Under the pieces are notes generated by a model that ran no database searches, was not told the origin of the DNA, and saw only the letters and a program-made list of their open reading frames with translations. DNA of 64,000 nt from a virus, in IMG/VR virus record IMGVR_UViG_3300035670_012166, positions 5,915 through 69,914 of that record; one strand, written 5' to 3'. Both the position numbers and the translations under genes were made by a program. How positions within the stretch are numbered: the first letter of the stretch is position 1; each line of letters begins with the position of its first letter. Below are positions 1 to 10,109 of this stretch, piece after piece.

Positions 1-8
1 CTCAAGTA

Positions 9-371
9 TTGCCACCAGGAGATTTTGCTTCTATTTTCAAGAGAACCAAAATTTCACTAAGCTATACAGAATCAATTTTCGGACCTAATAATAGGCAAAG
101 AAAAGGTAGAATTTATGAAGTTGCTGCAACAGGTAGCTTCTTATTAACAACTCATCCTGAAGTTATGAAATACAGGAATAGCACTTGGTTCAATCTTGGT
201 GAGCATTTCGATTATATGGATGAATCTAACTGTGTTGATAAGGTTAGATATTATCTTGCGAATCCTGAAAAAAGAGAATCTATGGCAAATGCAATGCACC
301 AACATTTTATGGATACCTGTGCTCCTAAAATTTGGTGGGATAACATCTTTAAATGGGCAAAAGATAAATGA
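9..371 (+). CDS. Glycosyltransferase, CgeB/Glyco_trans_1_2-like, C-terminal part (5'-truncated by window edge)
   Basis: KGRIYEVAATGSFL...GEHF...YYLANPEKRESMA; paralogous to the C-terminus of 7477..8472. Confidence 0.7.
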   Translation: MPPGDFASIFKRTKISLSYTESIFGPNNRQRKGRIYEVAATGSFLLTTHPEVMKYRNSTWFNLGEHFDYMDESNCVDKVRYYLANPEKRESMANAMHQHFMDTCAPKIWWDNIFKWAKDK

Positions 372-1243
372 TAAATATTGATAATCTAATCAGAGAAGAA
401 TTAGGCATTGAAGATAAATCAAATACAAAATTATGTGTCGATGCTGAATTTAATAAAATCAACAAAATTAAAGTAAATAATATTGTCAATAATTTTATTG
501 CACCAATTCCTAATTCTCACAATATTGAAGATGAAAAATTCTTAAGTGAGAATGGTTATTGTCATCTTGGTAAATTATTTTCTGATGATGAAGTAAATGA
601 ATTACTTAATCTCATAAAAAATGAACCTGGCTATAATTACCATATAGCTGCAAATTCATATAATCGTGAAGCAAAAGTATTTACTGAAGATTTAGATTGG
701 AATGTACTAAGTTATGAACCTTCTGTGTTCTTAAGATCAAAAACTTTATTAGACAAAATTACAAAACCTGAAATTCTTTCTCTAGTGCAATCATATCTTG
801 GATGTTTTCCAACTATGTATTCTGTCAATTGTGTTTGGTCTAAATTTACTAATCAAGAGTTTAAGACACAACTAGTACATAGAGATTATGATGATTTTAA
901 ATTTGTTTCATTTTTTGTTTTTCTAACTGATATAGATGATAACAACGGTCCTCATATGTATTATCCAAAAACTCAAAATGGAGAAGATCAATCTGAAGAA
1001 CCAATTATTGTCAAAGGCGAAAAAGGAACAGCATTTTTAGCAGATGTATATGGATTGCATAATGGTGTCCCTTTGAAATCTGGAAATAGATGTCTGCTTT
1101 GGTGTAGATTTGGTTTGATGTTGAATAATATGCATTACAAAGACCAATGTAATTTGTTCGCAACAGATTCAGAAAATATTTTTGATAAAATTGAAGACAA
1201 TGAATACAACAGATATTTACTTAGAGGCTTTTTGAAAGACTAA
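368..1243 (+). CDS. PhyH-like 2OG-Fe(II) dioxygenase
   Basis: HxD (HRDYD), FLTD..NGPH and distal H (GLHNG) facial triad. Confidence 0.75.
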   Translation: MINIDNLIREELGIEDKSNTKLCVDAEFNKINKIKVNNIVNNFIAPIPNSHNIEDEKFLSENGYCHLGKLFSDDEVNELLNLIKNEPGYNYHIAANSYNREAKVFTEDLDWNVLSYEPSVFLRSKTLLDKITKPEILSLVQSYLGCFPTMYSVNCVWSKFTNQEFKTQLVHRDYDDFKFVSFFVFLTDIDDNNGPHMYYPKTQNGEDQSEEPIIVKGEKGTAFLADVYGLHNGVPLKSGNRCLLWCRFGLMLNNMHYKDQCNLFATDSENIFDKIEDNEYNRYLLRGFLKD

Positions 1244-1264
1244 GGTAGTTTCTGGATTAGAAGA

Positions 1265-1296
1265 AGCAACGTAAAATAAGATACGTTGCTTTTTTC
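1265..1296 (+). terminator. Rho-independent terminator
   Basis: Stem AGCAACGTA/TACGTTGCT followed by a T-tract. Confidence 0.7.
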
Positions 1297-1311
1297 TTTT
1301 ATAAAACTGAT

Positions 1312-2082
1312 ATGAATGAAGAATTAAAATCCATTGCAAAACAAACCAGATTAGAAGTTTTTAAGTTTAAAACTTCATCAGGTTCAGGTCATTTAGCAAG
1401 TTCATTATCTTGCGTTGATATCGTTACTTCTTTGTATTATGATAAAGAAGTAGAATTCAATCCTCATGAAGATTATTTGATTTTTAGTAAAGCACACGGA
1501 TCTCCAGCAGTTTACCCAATATTAGCTGATTTAGGATTTTATGATAAATCAGAGTTGGATAAGTATTGTAGACCAGGTGGAATTTTAAAACTTCATTCAG
1601 ATGCTTCAATTCCAGGATGTCACTTTGTAGGTGGATCTCTTGGTAATGGAATTGGATATGCAGCTGGACTGGCTTTAGGTAAAAGAGACAAAAAAGTTTT
1701 TGTTATCTTAGGTGATGCAGAATTATATGAAGGTTCAGTTTGGGAAACATTGATTTTTATTGCTCATCATAATCTCAAAAATGTTGTTTTGATTATTGAT
1801 AGAAATAAGTATGGAATTTTAGGAGCTACTGAAGAAATGCTCAAGTTGGAATCCCTTAAGGATAAATTTGATGCATTTGGATTTGACACTCTTGAAATTG
1901 ATGGACACGATTTTGATGATTTAAGATCTTCCTTAACTCATAAAAGTGATAAGCCTATTGCAATTATTGCAAAAACAATTAAGGGCAAAGGTGTTTCTTA
2001 TATGGAAGACAAGTACGAATATCACACAATTATTCCAAAAAGTGAATCTGATATTAAGCAAGGAATTGAGGAATTATCATGA
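1312..2082 (+). CDS. Transketolase-like, N-terminal ThDP-binding subunit
   Basis: GHLASSLS, SKAHG, GSLGNG, GDAELYEG...N ThDP motif, KGKGVS. Confidence 0.85.
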   Translation: MNEELKSIAKQTRLEVFKFKTSSGSGHLASSLSCVDIVTSLYYDKEVEFNPHEDYLIFSKAHGSPAVYPILADLGFYDKSELDKYCRPGGILKLHSDASIPGCHFVGGSLGNGIGYAAGLALGKRDKKVFVILGDAELYEGSVWETLIFIAHHNLKNVVLIIDRNKYGILGATEEMLKLESLKDKFDAFGFDTLEIDGHDFDDLRSSLTHKSDKPIAIIAKTIKGKGVSYMEDKYEYHTIIPKSESDIKQGIEELS

Positions 2083-3017
2083 CAGCACAAAGAGATGTAT
2101 TTATTCAAGCTCTTTATGAAAAAGCACTATTAGACAAGAACATTGTTTTTATTTCAGCTGATATGGGAGCTCCTACACTTGATCAATGGAAGTTTAATTT
2201 ACCAGAACAATTTATTGCTGCTGGAATTTCTGAACAAAATGCTATCAATGTAGCAGCTGGTTTAGCAGAATCTGGTAAAAAAGTCTTTGTTTATATAATG
2301 GCAAGCTGGTTTTCCCGATGTATTGAACAAGTGAGATATTCTTGTGCTATGGCCAATAATCCAATTACAATTTTAGGAAATGGAGTGGCTTTAGGATATG
2401 CACCTTCAGGACCAGCACACGAGCCAAATGAAGATATTGCTCTATCAAGATCTTTGTTGAATATTGAAGTTCATTCGCCTTCAAATGAAAGTTCAACATT
2501 TAATTTAGTTGATTTGTGTTTATCAGTTCCAAAGCTTAGATATATTCGCTTAGAGAGAAATTATGCAAAACAAATGCAAGTTTTTTCTTATGAACAAAAT
2601 GAATTTATCAAGACACTATATGAACATAATGCAGAAAGTAATGAAAAAATCACATTCCTTTCTAGTGGATATATGCTTGGAAGAACTTTAGATGTAGCTT
2701 CTCAATTAGATTCAAATAAAAATATTTCTGTAGTTGATATATCCAGAATAAAGCCTTTACAAAACGATATTTTATTATCATCTTTGTCAAACTCTACATA
2801 TGTAGTTACCATTGAAGAACAATCACTCGATGGTGGTTTTGGTTCAGCTATTTGTGAATTTATTTGTGATAATCAAATTTCTTGCAAAGTTTTGAGATTG
2901 GGCTTGCCAGATCATTACATCTTTGAAAATGGGTCTAGAGATTATCTTATTGACCAAAATGGATTATCAGTAGAAAATATCAAAAAGTTAGTTGTTGAAT
3001 TTATTGAAAATGAGTAA
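2079..3017 (+). CDS. Transketolase-like, C-terminal (pyrimidine-binding + C) subunit
   Basis: GISEQNA..AAGLA, EEQSLDGGFGS; ATGA overlap with the upstream subunit. Confidence 0.85.
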   Translation: MTAQRDVFIQALYEKALLDKNIVFISADMGAPTLDQWKFNLPEQFIAAGISEQNAINVAAGLAESGKKVFVYIMASWFSRCIEQVRYSCAMANNPITILGNGVALGYAPSGPAHEPNEDIALSRSLLNIEVHSPSNESSTFNLVDLCLSVPKLRYIRLERNYAKQMQVFSYEQNEFIKTLYEHNAESNEKITFLSSGYMLGRTLDVASQLDSNKNISVVDISRIKPLQNDILLSSLSNSTYVVTIEEQSLDGGFGSAICEFICDNQISCKVLRLGLPDHYIFENGSRDYLIDQNGLSVENIKKLVVEFIENE

Positions 3018-3498
3018 TAATTTTAAAATAAAAGATCTTAAAGAAATTAATTTAGATTTTTTCAAAGATCATCGTGGAGAAATTTACACCTTTTGGAATA
3101 GTTTTGATTTTGATGAAAAAATTATTTTCAATCATGATAAATTTACATACTCAAATAAAAATGTTTTCAGAGGCATACACGGAGATTTTGAATCGACAAA
3201 ATATGTAACTTGTGTTTCTGGAGAAGTGTTTTATGTATTTGTAGATAATAGAAAAGACTCAGATACATACAATCAGTTTGACATTGTAACTTTGTCACAA
3301 GAAAAAAAGAATGCAATAATTTTTCCTCCAGGTATTGCTTCAGGTGCATTAACTTTAAGTGATCATTCAGTGACAGCATATAAGCTTTCATATCCAAATA
3401 AATATCCTGATGTTGATAAGCAATTTTCTTTAAAATGGAATTCTTTTGATATAGATTGGCCAGTAAAAGATATGATTTTTTCAGAGAGAGATAAATAA
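3010..3498 (+). CDS. rmlC: dTDP-4-dehydrorhamnose 3,5-epimerase-like (RmlC cupin); start refined to ATG 3010
   Basis: FKDHRG, VFRGIHG, K.VTCVSGEV, DWP. Confidence 0.75.
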   Translation: MSNNFKIKDLKEINLDFFKDHRGEIYTFWNSFDFDEKIIFNHDKFTYSNKNVFRGIHGDFESTKYVTCVSGEVFYVFVDNRKDSDTYNQFDIVTLSQEKKNAIIFPPGIASGALTLSDHSVTAYKLSYPNKYPDVDKQFSLKWNSFDIDWPVKDMIFSERDK

Positions 3499-5028
3499 AT
3501 GAATAATTTAGATGTATTGTTTGTAAGCCCAGGTGGTTCTAACTTAGTTTATCAAGGATTGTCAGACAAAATTTCTGCAATTGAACCTCCTACTTGGGCT
3601 TTACTTTTAGCACAGTCAGTAAGATCAGTAGGACATAAAACTGCTATTCTTGATATGAATGCTGAAAAAATTTCATATGAAGAAGGATTGGAAAGAATCA
3701 AAAATTACAATCCTAGACTTATTTGTTTTGTAGTATATGGTCAAAATGTAAATTCAGGAACAGTTTCTATGTCTGGTGCTGTTCAATTTTCTGAGTTTAT
3801 CAAGGAAAGTGGAGTAGAATCCCCAATTGCATATGTTGGATCATATGTTCAAGCTCTTCCAAAAAAGACTTTGATTGATGAAAAATCTATTGACATTGTC
3901 TTTATGAATGAGGGTGTGTATGCTCTTAGAAATCTACTGAAACAAGAAATCAATCTTGAATCATTGGATAGTATCAATGGAATTGCTTGGCGGAAAAATG
4001 GTGAAGTAGTATTTAATGATCCTGAAATTGTTGTCCCTACTGAAAGAATGGATATAGACTTGCCAGGATATGCTTGGGACTTACTTCCATATAAAGAACG
4101 TCCATTAGATATGTATAGATCTCCATTGTGGCATGCTGAATATGATGAAAATAAAAGAAGTCCATATGCAGCACTACAAACTTCTTTAGGATGTAGATTT
4201 GGATGCTCTTTCTGTATGATCAATATCCTAAATAGAAACGATAATGAAGAAATTGGTGTTGCTGGAAATTATAGCAATATGAGATTTTGGTCACCAGAAT
4301 TTATTATTCAGGAATTTGACAAGCTTGTTGAAATGGGAGTGGAAACAATCAGAATTGTAGATGAAATGTTCCTCCTAAATAAAAAGTATTATGTACCTCT
4401 TTGTAATATGTTGAAAGAAAGAGGATATGGTGAAAAAGTCAGAATGTGGGCTTATTCCAGAGTTGATACCGTAACTAATCCTGATGTCTTGAAATTAGTA
4501 AGAGAAGCTGGAATTAAATGGCTTTGTTTAGGAATTGAAAGTTCTGAAAAGAAAGTACGTCTTGAAGTTTCTAAAGGTAAATTTGAAGATGTAGATATTG
4601 TAAAGGTAGTTAAACAAGTTGAAGAAGCTGGCATTGAAGTTTTAGCAAACTATATCTTTGGTCTTCCTGGAGAAGATATGGAAACTATGCAAAAAACACT
4701 TGATCTTGCATTAGAGCTAAATACTGCAGGATGGAATGCATATCCAGCTATTGCTTTGCCAGGAAGTCAACTTTATAAAGACTCTTATGATAATGGATAT
4801 GAATTACCAAAAACCTATGATCAATTTGGATTTCATGCTAAACGAACACTGCCTATGTTCAATCCTCAATTGACTAGAAGAGAAATTTTAGATTTTAGAG
4901 ATCAAGCATTTATCAAGTATCATTCAAATGAAAACTTCTTGAATATGATTGAATCAAAATTTGGAAAACCTGCTCGAGAGAATATTCTCAAGTCTTTAGA
5001 AATTCAAATTGTAAGAGAAGACCTATAA
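3499..5028 (+). CDS. Cobalamin-binding radical SAM protein (class B methyltransferase-like)
   Basis: N-terminal B12-binding-like region (EPPTWA); CxxxCxxC = GCRFGCSFC; LGIES; IFGLPGE. Confidence 0.85.
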   Translation: MNNLDVLFVSPGGSNLVYQGLSDKISAIEPPTWALLLAQSVRSVGHKTAILDMNAEKISYEEGLERIKNYNPRLICFVVYGQNVNSGTVSMSGAVQFSEFIKESGVESPIAYVGSYVQALPKKTLIDEKSIDIVFMNEGVYALRNLLKQEINLESLDSINGIAWRKNGEVVFNDPEIVVPTERMDIDLPGYAWDLLPYKERPLDMYRSPLWHAEYDENKRSPYAALQTSLGCRFGCSFCMINILNRNDNEEIGVAGNYSNMRFWSPEFIIQEFDKLVEMGVETIRIVDEMFLLNKKYYVPLCNMLKERGYGEKVRMWAYSRVDTVTNPDVLKLVREAGIKWLCLGIESSEKKVRLEVSKGKFEDVDIVKVVKQVEEAGIEVLANYIFGLPGEDMETMQKTLDLALELNTAGWNAYPAIALPGSQLYKDSYDNGYELPKTYDQFGFHAKRTLPMFNPQLTRREILDFRDQAFIKYHSNENFLNMIESKFGKPARENILKSLEIQIVREDL

Positions 5029-5035
5029 TAAAGAT

Positions 5036-6205
5036 ATGAATAATTTTTTCCTACCACTTATGAATGACAACATTGATAAGCAAGATATTAATGCTGTTGT
5101 AGATTTTTTATCTCAAGATTCTATACCAAAACTAACCAATGGACCAAAAGTAAAGGAATTTGAAAATGCTTGGGGTGATTGGCTAGGAACTAAATATAAT
5201 CTTTTTGTCAACTCTGGTGCTTCTGCTAATGAATTAACTATGTTGGCATTAGCTCAAATAGTAGGTGAGGGGGAGATAATTCTTCCCCCACTAACTTGGA
5301 TTTCTGATATATCTTCAGTATTGTTTTCTGGACATAAACTAGTTTTTGTAGATGTCAACTTTGAAAATTTATCATTTGATATTGATAAGCTTAAAGAAGC
5401 AATAACTCCTAATACTAAAGCTATTTTTCTAACTCACGTATTAGGAATCAATGGTCTTACAGATGAACTATTGAGCATTTGTAAAGAACAAAATATTTTA
5501 TTAATTGAAGATGTTTGCGAATCTCATGGAACTACTTTTCAAGGTATAAAAGTGGGAAATTTTGGTTTTGCAAGTAATTTCAGTTTTTATTTTGCTCATC
5601 ATATGTCAACTATCGAAGGTGGAATGATCTGTACTAATGATTGGAATTTCTATCAAGTTTGCAGAGCTTTAAGATCTCATGGAATGACTAGGGAAATGAC
5701 TGATGAATCAATGAGGCAGCAAATCATTGATGAAAATCCTGATCTTAATCCAGATTTTATTTTTCTAAGACCAGCTCATAATTTTAGAAGCACAGAAATC
5801 AATGCTGTAATTGGTCTATCTCAATTACCTAAACTTGATATTAAGAATCAAGAAAGAATAGATAATTTCAACTATTTTATGTCGAAATTAGATTCTGAAA
5901 AGTATCATACAAATATCAATATTGAAGGCAACTGTAATTATGCTTTCATTGTAATATTGAAAGAATCTAGTTTTGATAAAAGAAATGATTTAGAAAATAA
6001 ACTTAAAGAAAATAAGATTGAATTTAGAAGAGGATTGTCTGGTGGTGGAAATCAAATGAGACAACCTTTCTTCAAAACAATTTACACAGAATTTGAAAAT
6101 TTCTCAAACATAGAACATATTCACAATTTTTCTTGGTATATTGGAAATTATCCAGGGCTTGAAAGAGAAAAAATCGACAAGCTTATAGAGGTACTAAATG
6201 GCTAG
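5036..6205 (+). CDS. DegT/DnrJ/EryC1/StrS PLP-dependent aminotransferase/dehydratase
   Basis: NSGASAN, IEDVCESHG, SFYFAHHMSTIEGG (H instead of K, ColD/E1-type). Confidence 0.85.
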   Translation: MNNFFLPLMNDNIDKQDINAVVDFLSQDSIPKLTNGPKVKEFENAWGDWLGTKYNLFVNSGASANELTMLALAQIVGEGEIILPPLTWISDISSVLFSGHKLVFVDVNFENLSFDIDKLKEAITPNTKAIFLTHVLGINGLTDELLSICKEQNILLIEDVCESHGTTFQGIKVGNFGFASNFSFYFAHHMSTIEGGMICTNDWNFYQVCRALRSHGMTREMTDESMRQQIIDENPDLNPDFIFLRPAHNFRSTEINAVIGLSQLPKLDIKNQERIDNFNYFMSKLDSEKYHTNINIEGNCNYAFIVILKESSFDKRNDLENKLKENKIEFRRGLSGGGNQMRQPFFKTIYTEFENFSNIEHIHNFSWYIGNYPGLEREKIDKLIEVLNG

Positions 6206-6707
6206 AAAAGATGTTTTGAAAAATATTATAGTTTTAAATTATGATAGTTTTCAAGATCATCGTGGTCAATTGTATACCATATGGGAACAAAAACAATTTA
6301 AAGATCTGAATTTCAATCATGATAAAGTTGCTACATCTAAAAAAGGTGTCTTAAGAGGTTTACATACAGATAAATCTTGGAAACTCATTACTTGTATTTA
6401 TGGCAAAATACAATTAGTAGTGGCAAATTACATATCAGATAGTGATGAATATTTAGATCATATGGATATAACTGTAGATGCAGATTCACAAGATAAATTA
6501 AGTATTCTTGTTCCTCCAGGATTCTTAAATGGTCATTTGGTTTTAAGTGATTTTGCTGTTTTTCATTATAAATGGAGTTATGAAGGTAATTATCCAGATA
6601 TTGATGAGCAACAATCTGTGAACTGGGCTGAACCAAAATTGAATATAAATTGGATGTGCCAAAATCCAATTTTATCTAATAGGGATAAAAACACACCATT
6701 ATTATGA
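6198..6707 (+). CDS. rmlC: Second RmlC-like epimerase
   Basis: FQDHRG, VLRGLH, PPGFLNGH, LSNRD. Confidence 0.75.
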   Translation: MARKDVLKNIIVLNYDSFQDHRGQLYTIWEQKQFKDLNFNHDKVATSKKGVLRGLHTDKSWKLITCIYGKIQLVVANYISDSDEYLDHMDITVDADSQDKLSILVPPGFLNGHLVLSDFAVFHYKWSYEGNYPDIDEQQSVNWAEPKLNINWMCQNPILSNRDKNTPLL

Positions 6708-7474
6708 AAGATTTATATAAAGATATCAAGATTTTAATTATTGGAGATTCTTGTGAGGATAGTTTTGTATATGGTGATGTATTTAGATTAGCACCTGAAG
6801 GACCAGCTCCAATTTTCAATCCAGAACATACTAAATCTAATGGAGGTATGGCTCTTAATGTATTTGATAACATTAAAGCAATTGGAGCTTTTGCTAAGCT
6901 TATAACTCACAATGAAACAATTATCAAAACCAGATATGTAGATGAAAGAACAAATACACTTTTACTACGTGTTGATACAAATGATAAAGCTACACAAATA
7001 TCTGATGAATTATTAAACAATATTCAAAATAATATTTATGAAAATGTCAAATACGATGCAATAATCATTAGCGATTATTGTAAAGGTTTTTTATCTGAAG
7101 AAGATATCAAAACAATTGCTTACAGAAATGATAATGTATTTTTAGATACAAAGAAAATTTTAGGTGATTGGTGCGAAAATGTATCTTTCATAAAAATCAA
7201 TCATACCGAATATGATAGAACAAAACACACAATAGATTTCTTAGATCTTTATAAAAAAATGATTATCACAAGATCTGATGAAGGCTGTGAATATTGGCAT
7301 AAAATTTATCCTGTTGAAAAAGTAAACATTAAAGATGTTTCTGGTGCAGGAGACACTTTTATATCTGGTTTAGTTTGTGAATATGTAAGAACAAAAAACA
7401 TTGAAAAAGCAATATTGTTTGCTCAAGAATGTGCTACCAAAGTTGTTCAAAAAAAGGGTGTGTGTACTATATAA
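6704..7474 (+). CDS. PfkB-family sugar kinase, HldE/RfaE kinase-domain-like
   Basis: IIGDSCED..VYG...RLAPEGPAP, SDYCKG, DVSGAGDTF. Confidence 0.8.
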   Translation: MKDLYKDIKILIIGDSCEDSFVYGDVFRLAPEGPAPIFNPEHTKSNGGMALNVFDNIKAIGAFAKLITHNETIIKTRYVDERTNTLLLRVDTNDKATQISDELLNNIQNNIYENVKYDAIIISDYCKGFLSEEDIKTIAYRNDNVFLDTKKILGDWCENVSFIKINHTEYDRTKHTIDFLDLYKKMIITRSDEGCEYWHKIYPVEKVNIKDVSGAGDTFISGLVCEYVRTKNIEKAILFAQECATKVVQKKGVCTI

Positions 7475-7476
7475 TT

Positions 7477-8472
7477 ATGAAAATTTTATTTATCACTTCA
7501 AGATGGTTTTGCGGAGATAGAGTTGGAACACCCTGCCATACCAAAAATATTGTCAATTCCCTGGAAGCAACATTTAATAATGACCCTAATGTTGAATATG
7601 AAGTAAAATATATCTCACCATCAGAAATTTGGTCAAGAGAAGAATTATGTAAAGTTATGCTTGAAACTGAATGTGATTTGATTCTCTTAAGCCCAATCAA
7701 ACACGTTTTTGTTGATATGCCCACAGCTGAAAAACTTGGTAAAAAATTAAATATTATTGTTTGGGACACTCATAGCTTACATACAAAATTAAGATATGTA
7801 AATTTTAGATGTTTCTTAAAAAGAAAAAATGATATTGGTGTAATGAATTATGACATTCCATTGTGGGATTTATCTCAGCACTGCAATATTGTTTGTATAG
7901 ATACTGGTTATGGAGAAATGTTCCCAAATATTTATAGCACGTTTGAACCTATGGATACAAATGTGCTTTATCCAATACCAGAAGAAGAAAAAATTTATGA
8001 TGTATCTTTCATTGGATCAACTGAAGATTATGAAAGACAATTTTATAAATACAATTTAGACAAACTTGGACTTAAGATCAATTGGCTAGGAGGAAGAGGA
8101 CCTAATGATAAAAGACTTTCTCACGAAGAATGGGCAGAAGCTCATAGAAAATCTAAAATTGAACTTAATTTTAATGGCAATGCTTTCATAGGTAATAGAA
8201 AATCTAGAGTATGGGAAATTGCTGCTTGCGGAAATATGATGATTGCAACTCTTCCTGATGTTTATAAATTTCACACTGGAGAATGGTTCAAGGATGGAGA
8301 ACATTTTGCATCAATCAACGAAAACAATTTTGCATATGTAATTCAATATTACTTAGATCATAATGAAAAAAGAATTCAGATGGCAAAGAAAATGCACGAA
8401 TTATTTATGGAAAAATATACACCAAGAATATGGTGGGAAAATTTGATGAGATATTCAAACTTAAAGGATTAA
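7477..8472 (+). CDS. Glycosyltransferase, CgeB/Glyco_trans_1_2-like; start refined to ATG 7477
   Basis: YDVSFIGS, SKIELNF, KSRVWEIAACG; paralog of 9..371. Confidence 0.7.
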   Translation: MKILFITSRWFCGDRVGTPCHTKNIVNSLEATFNNDPNVEYEVKYISPSEIWSREELCKVMLETECDLILLSPIKHVFVDMPTAEKLGKKLNIIVWDTHSLHTKLRYVNFRCFLKRKNDIGVMNYDIPLWDLSQHCNIVCIDTGYGEMFPNIYSTFEPMDTNVLYPIPEEEKIYDVSFIGSTEDYERQFYKYNLDKLGLKINWLGGRGPNDKRLSHEEWAEAHRKSKIELNFNGNAFIGNRKSRVWEIAACGNMMIATLPDVYKFHTGEWFKDGEHFASINENNFAYVIQYYLDHNEKRIQMAKKMHELFMEKYTPRIWWENLMRYSNLKD

Positions 8473-8475
8473 AAT

Positions 8476-8766
8476 ATGAATATGAAAGAATATTATGAAA
8501 TGTATCTAACACTACATCAAAATAAAGTATGTAGAAGATTACACGTACTTGGACAATTTATGACAATTTTATGGGTTGCCCTATGTATCAAATTTGGTTA
8601 CTATTGGTTTCTTATCTTAACACCATTTATTGTTTATCCATTTGCTTGGTCTGGACATTATTTTTTCGAAAAGAATCAACCAGCTGCATTTAAAGATCCA
8701 GTGAAAGCAAAAATTAGTGATTGGATGATGCTTTGGGACATACTAAGAGGCAAAGTTCCATTCTAA
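8476..8766 (+). CDS. DUF962/Mpo1-like small membrane protein
   Basis: YLTLHQN..CRRLH.LG; GHYFFEKNQPA.F. Confidence 0.8.
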   Translation: MNMKEYYEMYLTLHQNKVCRRLHVLGQFMTILWVALCIKFGYYWFLILTPFIVYPFAWSGHYFFEKNQPAAFKDPVKAKISDWMMLWDILRGKVPF

Positions 8767-8793
8767 AAAAAGAGGCCATTTGGCCTCTTTTTT
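8765..8793. terminator. Bidirectional terminator between convergent genes
   Basis: A-tract, AGAGGCCA/TGGCCTCT stem, T-tract. Confidence 0.8.
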
Positions 8794-10102
8794 ATTTATC
8801 AAAAAAACTATCTAAAACTTCACCTATATAATGAATTTGTTCAGGTGTTATCACTGGAGATGTTCCTAAAAAGAATGTATCTGTAGTGACTTTTTTAGCT
8901 ACAGGAAAATCACTAAGATCCATATCACCAACTAAATGACTATAAGCTGGTTGCATCAAGATATTACCAGCAAAATATGGTCTAGTTTGAATTTTCTTCG
9001 ATTCAAAATACTGACAGATATCACTCCTCTTAAAAGGCGCATTATCTTTGATTGTTATAGGAAATGCAAACCAATTAACATCAGAATGCTTCTCTGCAAT
9101 TGGCAATACAAAATAATCTTCATACTTACTAAAAACATCAAAAAGCATCTTATAATTATTCTGTCGCAATCTTTTTATTTCTGACAACTTTTCAATTTGC
9201 GCTAATAACATACTTGCTTGAACTTCTATTGGCTTTAAGTTATATCCAATTTCCTCATAAACATACTTATGATCAAAAACTTCACCTGGAATACTTGGCA
9301 ACCACTCAGAAAATCTCTTATTACAAGCACCACACTCAGTTATATTTTGCTTACCAATACAAAAACAACCACGACCCCAATCTCTAATACTTCTAATTAC
9401 TTTTTCTAATTGTTCATCATTACAACAAACTAATCCACCCTCTCCACAAGTTATATGATGAGCAGGATAAAAAGAACAAGAAGACATTGTTCCAAAACTA
9501 CCTAAAGGATTACCATCAAATGTTGAACCTAAAGCATCACAGCAATCTTCTAATAGAATTAATCCATAATGATCAATAATATCTAAAAGCCTATACATAT
9601 CAGGAGGATTTCCCAATACATGAGCAAATGTAATTACTTTAATCTCTGGATCTGCTTGCAATGTAGCTTCAACATCATCTAGATTTAAATTCAAACCATC
9701 TAAAGAAATATCAACAAAAACAGGCTTGAATCCACATTGAAATATAGGATTTATTGTTGTAGGAAAACCAGCAATAGGAGTGAGAACCTTAGTGCCTTCA
9801 GGAAAATTTAAGTATCTTTTTGACTTTAAAGAAGACATCATCAATAAATTAGATGAACTACCAGAATTAGTCAATAATGCATAATTTTTTCCAAACAAAG
9901 AAGATAATTTTTTCTCAGCCTTATATGCCTCTGATCCTAAAACAAGCCAACCATCAAGAAGAGTGGAAATAGATCTTACAATTTCTTCATGATTAAAATA
10001 AGGCCCAGCATAATGAACATAATCTTTACCAGGCCTCCATTTTTTCTTAGATTCAGAATTTACATACTCTTCAACAATCTTAAGTAATTCTTCTTTTGTC
10101 AT
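8792..10102 (-). CDS. rfbH: CDP-4-keto-6-deoxy-D-glucose 3-dehydrase (RfbH/DdhC, E1)
   Basis: NSGSSSNL, FAHVLGNP, EDCCDALG, SFYPAHHITCGEGG, RDWGRGCFC Fe-S Cys cluster, DHKYVY. Confidence 0.85.
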   Translation of the reverse strand: MTKEELLKIVEEYVNSESKKKWRPGKDYVHYAGPYFNHEEIVRSISTLLDGWLVLGSEAYKAEKKLSSLFGKNYALLTNSGSSSNLLMMSSLKSKRYLNFPEGTKVLTPIAGFPTTINPIFQCGFKPVFVDISLDGLNLNLDDVEATLQADPEIKVITFAHVLGNPPDMYRLLDIIDHYGLILLEDCCDALGSTFDGNPLGSFGTMSSCSFYPAHHITCGEGGLVCCNDEQLEKVIRSIRDWGRGCFCIGKQNITECGACNKRFSEWLPSIPGEVFDHKYVYEEIGYNLKPIEVQASMLLAQIEKLSEIKRLRQNNYKMLFDVFSKYEDYFVLPIAEKHSDVNWFAFPITIKDNAPFKRSDICQYFESKKIQTRPYFAGNILMQPAYSHLVGDMDLSDFPVAKKVTTDTFFLGTSPVITPEQIHYIGEVLDSFFDK

Positions 10103-10109
10103 AAAATAA

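Noticed and set aside
368-1243. TET/JBP base-oxidising dioxygenase
   Set aside because: Motif spacing fits PhyH-like enzymes; no TET/JBP signature and no adjacent DNA methylase seen.
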